DNA of 64,000 bases from positions 62,001 to 126,000 of the IMG/VR virus record IMGVR_UViG_3300035698_007246, one strand, 5' to 3'. Shown here piece by piece: positions 60,159 through 64,000 of the stretch (its first letter is position 1; the number at the start of each line of letters is the position of its first letter). The translations under genes and the position numbers were made by a program. The notes below the pieces were generated by a model. It was given only the letters and a program-made list of their open reading frames with translations. It searched no databases and was not told the origin of the DNA.

Positions 60159-61616
60159 TTATTCAGGTACATTCACTTGGTATTTTTCCAAAGCCTTTTC
60201 CATGATAGCAAAAGGTGTGAAATCTTTTCCACCAAGTACAGAAGTAAGAACAGCAGGTGAAAATCCAGAGACAAGTCCAACATCTTTTGAGTTAGCTTTT
60301 TCTGGCGAGCCTCCCATACCACAAGTATTCCAATATACAATCTTAGGACGACTGAAACCAGCCTTTTCCCATCTGTCGATTGCAACTGATACTTCAGCTC
60401 CAGAATTTTTACATCCAGTATTCCATCCATATCCACCGTTACCATTAAATTGCATATCCGAAATAATCAATAGACAATTCGGAATTTGTTCATCAGTAGC
60501 ATTAAATAATTCAGCATATTCTAAAATAGTATCAAGAGCCTTTACAATATCAGTACTTGCAATACTTCTATCGAAAAGATGAGTTTGTTTTAGAGCTTCT
60601 GAAAATGTGTATGGAGTGTTATCAGGTTTCTTACTCCAATCTGTTAATTGAGATTCACTTGAAAACTGTACATACTTTCTATAGAAAGGATTTCCCTTTC
60701 CGATTCTGTCAGAACAATACAATCCAAGAGAACGACTCACATCAATAGCTCTTATAGAACCACCAACGATATTTCTCATTGAAGAAGATGAATCAACGAT
60801 TGGAAGAATTCTCAAATCATTATTTTCCATATAATTAGGCAATGCGTCAAATTGTGCGTCCGCAATTCTTGAGTCGCCATTTTCAGCAGTTCTCAAACAA
60901 TCATGTGGAAACAACACAGAAGCATTGATTTTTGCTTTCTTTTTCGGGTCTTTACTTACAAGAGCGTCTTTATAAGATGAGAAACGGTCTTCATCATGCT
61001 TATTAAACACGTTTGTGTAAAGAGACATTGCCTTTGATGGTAATTTTTCGTAGTCCACTTTATTCCATTGCTTTTTACAAAGGAGAGTTTCTACAATATT
61101 CTTACGACCAGCAGAAAGTAATCTACGGAATTCACCAATTTCACGAACAACCTTCATTTGTCTCAAAGCTCTTAAGATTTGTTTGTCCTTTTTCTTTGCC
61201 CATTTCGAAGCTAAGAAATCTTTAACAGCAATCTTTTCAGCCCATGCAGACGCAGCAGTTTCTTCGACGTCACTATTAAACGTTGAACGCAAATCATCCC
61301 ATCTACCATGTTCGGGTATATACATTATATTTGCAGCAACCCATTCAGGTGACTCATTCGACAACCATTTTAAACAATTTCTAAATCCTTGTCTATTTCC
61401 AGCACCACCCCTTGCATCTCTAACCCAAAATAATAATTTCATTGCAAGTTCATAATTACCAGAATACCAAATTGGTTGGAATAAATCTAAAGCATTAGCA
61501 CCATCTCTTGATGTTCCACGTAACGACCCGGCTTTACTAAAAAATTCAATTGCGTGGTTTCCACAATGTTCATATTGTATTGCACCATTTTCTGTTTTTA
61601 TAAAATTTTTAGACAT
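60159..61616 (-). CDS. DUF2828-type TROVE/Ro60-like helical domain + vWA protein
   Basis: TENGA, FWVRDARGGAGNR, GRWDDL, KW, IVDSSSSM (MIDAS), ISDMQF, IVYWN, VSGFSP. Confidence 0.85.
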   Translation of the reverse strand: MSKNFIKTENGAIQYEHCGNHAIEFFSKAGSLRGTSRDGANALDLFQPIWYSGNYELAMKLLFWVRDARGGAGNRQGFRNCLKWLSNESPEWVAANIMYIPEHGRWDDLRSTFNSDVEETAASAWAEKIAVKDFLASKWAKKKDKQILRALRQMKVVREIGEFRRLLSAGRKNIVETLLCKKQWNKVDYEKLPSKAMSLYTNVFNKHDEDRFSSYKDALVSKDPKKKAKINASVLFPHDCLRTAENGDSRIADAQFDALPNYMENNDLRILPIVDSSSSMRNIVGGSIRAIDVSRSLGLYCSDRIGKGNPFYRKYVQFSSESQLTDWSKKPDNTPYTFSEALKQTHLFDRSIASTDIVKALDTILEYAELFNATDEQIPNCLLIISDMQFNGNGGYGWNTGCKNSGAEVSVAIDRWEKAGFSRPKIVYWNTCGMGGSPEKANSKDVGLVSGFSPAVLTSVLGGKDFTPFAIMEKALEKYQVNVPE

Positions 61617-61676
61617 AAACTACCTCATTTTCAATATATTTATAAAAATAATAAATTATCATTTAATTATCAATAC

Positions 61677-62092
61677 CTAAATATTATTTTTATGTTTTTT
61701 AATACTATTATTTCTTTTACTTGTTATACACAAATTATTTAAATGACCAATTTCACATGGGTTCATATTATTCATGAATCCATGATATATATATATATAT
61801 ATATTAATCTTGTGATCAATGGTTCTATACATAGGGTTATTATATTCTTTTGAATTAGTTAATAATTTTTCACCAGTATAATAATCAAAACCATTCCAAT
61901 TTTTAGTTTCTTTACTTATACAACTTTGAAATTACCATCATCATTGATAAATTTTATTACTTCTAATAACATATCTATAATTTGAAACTTATCATTACAG
62001 TTATTTAATTCAGCAATATCAGTTTCATTATCAAGTCCTAAAGTTTCAAATTTATATATTAAATTTTTCTTTGTGATAATTTTATCTTTCAT
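61677..62092 (-). pseudogene. frameshifted HNH-like gene with (AT)10 tract
   Basis: 58-aa N-terminal part stops near 61916; another frame gives WNGFDYYTGE...IDHKINIYIYIYHGF...NLCITSKRNNSIK. Confidence 0.6.
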
Positions 62093-62252
62093 AATTTTCC
62101 TCCTAATTTAAATTAATAACAAGCAGTTCAACATAATATACTTAATTAAATTTGAGAAGTCAATAAATATTTTAAATAATTAATTCTACAAAAGTAGGAG
62201 TCTTCAATTTAGTAGACATCAATATAATATATTGTCATATTGATGTCAATAG

Positions 62253-62513
62253 TTATTTCAATTTTATTTTGGGTAACGAATCTTCTTTTTTTGTAATAAT
62301 ATAAGGTGAAAATTTGTAAATTTCCTTATCCCAATTGATTGGAACGGAATTTCTTATAATACTATCCAAATCAAATATTGAAGTAGTATCATTTTTTATA
62401 ATAATAGTCCTCAATCCATCAGTAGGACATTCTGAATAATTAAAAGTAAATGTGGAATCACCACCAAATATAAACATACACATCAATAACACAATTAAAA
62501 ACATCTTTTTCAT
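62253..62513 (-). CDS. secreted small protein
   Basis: MKK plus hydrophobic signal. Confidence 0.6.
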   Translation of the reverse strand: MKKMFLIVLLMCMFIFGGDSTFTFNYSECPTDGLRTIIIKNDTTSIFDLDSIIRNSVPINWDKEIYKFSPYIITKKEDSLPKIKLK

Positions 62514-62521
62514 TAATTCTC

Positions 62522-62890
62522 CTAAAAATCTAAATTCATTTTATTAATAATTCCCTCTCCTGTGATTATAAAAAGAGGTTTATTTTTTAATTCATCTTCA
62601 ATTGCTTCTCTAACAAGTTCATCACCAAATACATCAATAAACTCATTTGCAGAATCAATCGCTCTCAGAATATCTGTACGTTTTTCCAAATCAAAGTCAC
62701 TGTAAAATATTTTTACAATACCTTCATCATTCCCCTCTTCCTCAATAACCTCTTCCTCTTCAACATCATATCCATCATCATATTCAAAGAGTAAATTATT
62801 GGCACTTTTTATTTCGTTTGTTTCGTTCATTTGTATTTCCTTATTTTTTAAGTTCCACATTCCAGTATAAGTAATTAACCCATTTATCAT
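62522..62890 (-). CDS. acidic hypothetical protein (true start probably MNETNE)
   Basis: AAGGA RBS. Confidence 0.6.
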   Translation of the reverse strand: MINGLITYTGMWNLKNKEIQMNETNEIKSANNLLFEYDDGYDVEEEEVIEEEGNDEGIVKIFYSDFDLEKRTDILRAIDSANEFIDVFGDELVREAIEDELKNKPLFIITGEGIINKMNLDF

Positions 62891-63440
62891 TATCAGTAAT
62901 ATTTTTCATACGTTTTAACCTTGCTATCATACCACCATGATAATTGTCAGCTAATTTTGGAGCCACCGGATTATGACGTAATGACATACCCGCTTCTTTT
63001 AAAGATTTATTACCTTTTTTGCTATTACAATCAGAGCATGAACATACAATATTTTTCCATACTGTCTCACCACCCTTACTTTGAGGATGAACGTGGTCAT
63101 ATGTAAAGTTACTAAGAGAAACTTTACAACCACAATATTGACATCTACCTTTATCTCTATCAAATACATTCTTTCTTGTGAATGCTTGATAGAATTTAAC
63201 CTTTTTGTTGGGTTTAACAAAGTGGAGCAATCTTACAACCGCTGGCATTTTAATAATATCTGAAAAACTATCAAGATATTTATCATATTTTTTATGTATA
63301 ATTTTATCTTCATACTCTTCAATAATTTCAACTTTACCATTCACCCAATCTGAAATTGCGTCCTGCCAAGACATAACTTCTAATGGCATATAAGCAGCGT
63401 TTAATTTTAATACTTGTTCAGACACTACCAACTCCTTCAA
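62841..63440 (-). CDS. McrA-like HNH endonuclease
   Basis: LNAAYMPL, RKNVFDRDKGRCQYCG, TYDHVHP, WKNIVCSCSDCNSKKG. Confidence 0.9.
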   Translation of the reverse strand: MKELVVSEQVLKLNAAYMPLEVMSWQDAISDWVNGKVEIIEEYEDKIIHKKYDKYLDSFSDIIKMPAVVRLLHFVKPNKKVKFYQAFTRKNVFDRDKGRCQYCGCKVSLSNFTYDHVHPQSKGGETVWKNIVCSCSDCNSKKGNKSLKEAGMSLRHNPVAPKLADNYHGGMIARLKRMKNITDNDKWVNYLYWNVELKK

Positions 63441-63847
63441 TTTATAAATTAGCCCTTTTTCAATCGAGCTTTAATTTTCTTTCTGTCACCCATAGGGATT
63501 TTACTTCTATAATATTTTTAAATACTTGTCAATATATATATAATTATTTATATAAAATATTTATAGAAACAAAATATATAAGTATTAACAAAAACCAGTT
63601 GATTAAAAAATTGGTTATAGGAATCCTAATAATTAAAAGAAAGAAGGACGAGACATTTTAAATGCCCCATCCTTTTTTTTCGTTTGTATTTTATACCTTT
63701 CCAGTTTTCACATCTTCCGTTTCCAGAATCTACCCTACTGTCATAGTAATCACATAATCCAGAATTTTTATGGTTGTCATTTTTCCATTTGTAATAATAA
63801 CAACAACTACTACATTTCTTTTTACGTATCATAAAAACCTTTAAAAA

Positions 63848-63942
63848 TGGCAGAGGGGAAGGGACTTGAACCCTCATCGGTATAGTTCATACACCTACAC
63901 ACGATTAGCAATCGTGTCTCTTACCAATTAGAGTACCCCTCT
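63848..63942 (-). tRNA. tRNA-Ser (GCT), CCA encoded
   Basis: AGAGGGG/CCCCTCT acceptor stem, ACACGA-TTGCTAA-TCGTGT anticodon arm, long variable arm, GGTTCAAGTCC T-arm, G-CCA end. Confidence 0.92.
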
Positions 63943-64000
63943 ATTATATTTATATCTATATTTCGTTATGTTCTAAAATTAATTTAAAATCATAACCATG

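Noticed and set aside
63626-63877. 83-aa ORF as annotated
   Set aside because: Its first codons overlap the tRNA; any real gene starts at the downstream MIRKKKC.
1-64000. Stop-codon reassignment
   Set aside because: Long enzymes are intact in code 11, and TAG and TGA both end genes, often in ATGA overlaps.

Overview
AT-rich (~30% GC by eye) segment of a large dsDNA bacteriophage genome, probably a T4-superfamily or jumbo myovirus judging from TATAAATA late-promoter motifs; standard genetic code. Two convergent gene blocks meet at ~40.2-40.7 kb. The + strand block (1-40.2 kb) holds small early/accessory genes behind ~27 copies of a repeated sigma70-like promoter (TTGACW-N17-TATCTT), including rmlC/rmlA, a GHKL ATPase, SLOG, nucleoside-hydrolase-like, Gp88-like and LPD11 proteins. 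The - strand block (40.7-64 kb) carries RNA-repair and nucleotide enzymes (NADAR, KptA/Tpt1, SpoU, RtcB, DUF2828 TROVE/vWA-like, HAD nucleotidase, C5 DNA methyltransferase, HNH) and tRNA-Ser(GCT). Two signals stand out. (1) An HNH endonuclease gene with its own late promoter and RBS is inserted between motifs IX and X of the C5-methyltransferase, in the alternative frame. It shows no intron or intein features, yet the host frame stays open across 200 codons and synonymous codons avoid creating stops, suggesting a splicing-free, overprinted selfish element. (2) A cluster of head-to-head sigma54 (-24/-12) consensus sites, with GACATC palindromes, an IHF box and a G5/C5 motif, sits at the strand-switch point. 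All calls are from motif recognition by eye; no searches were run.
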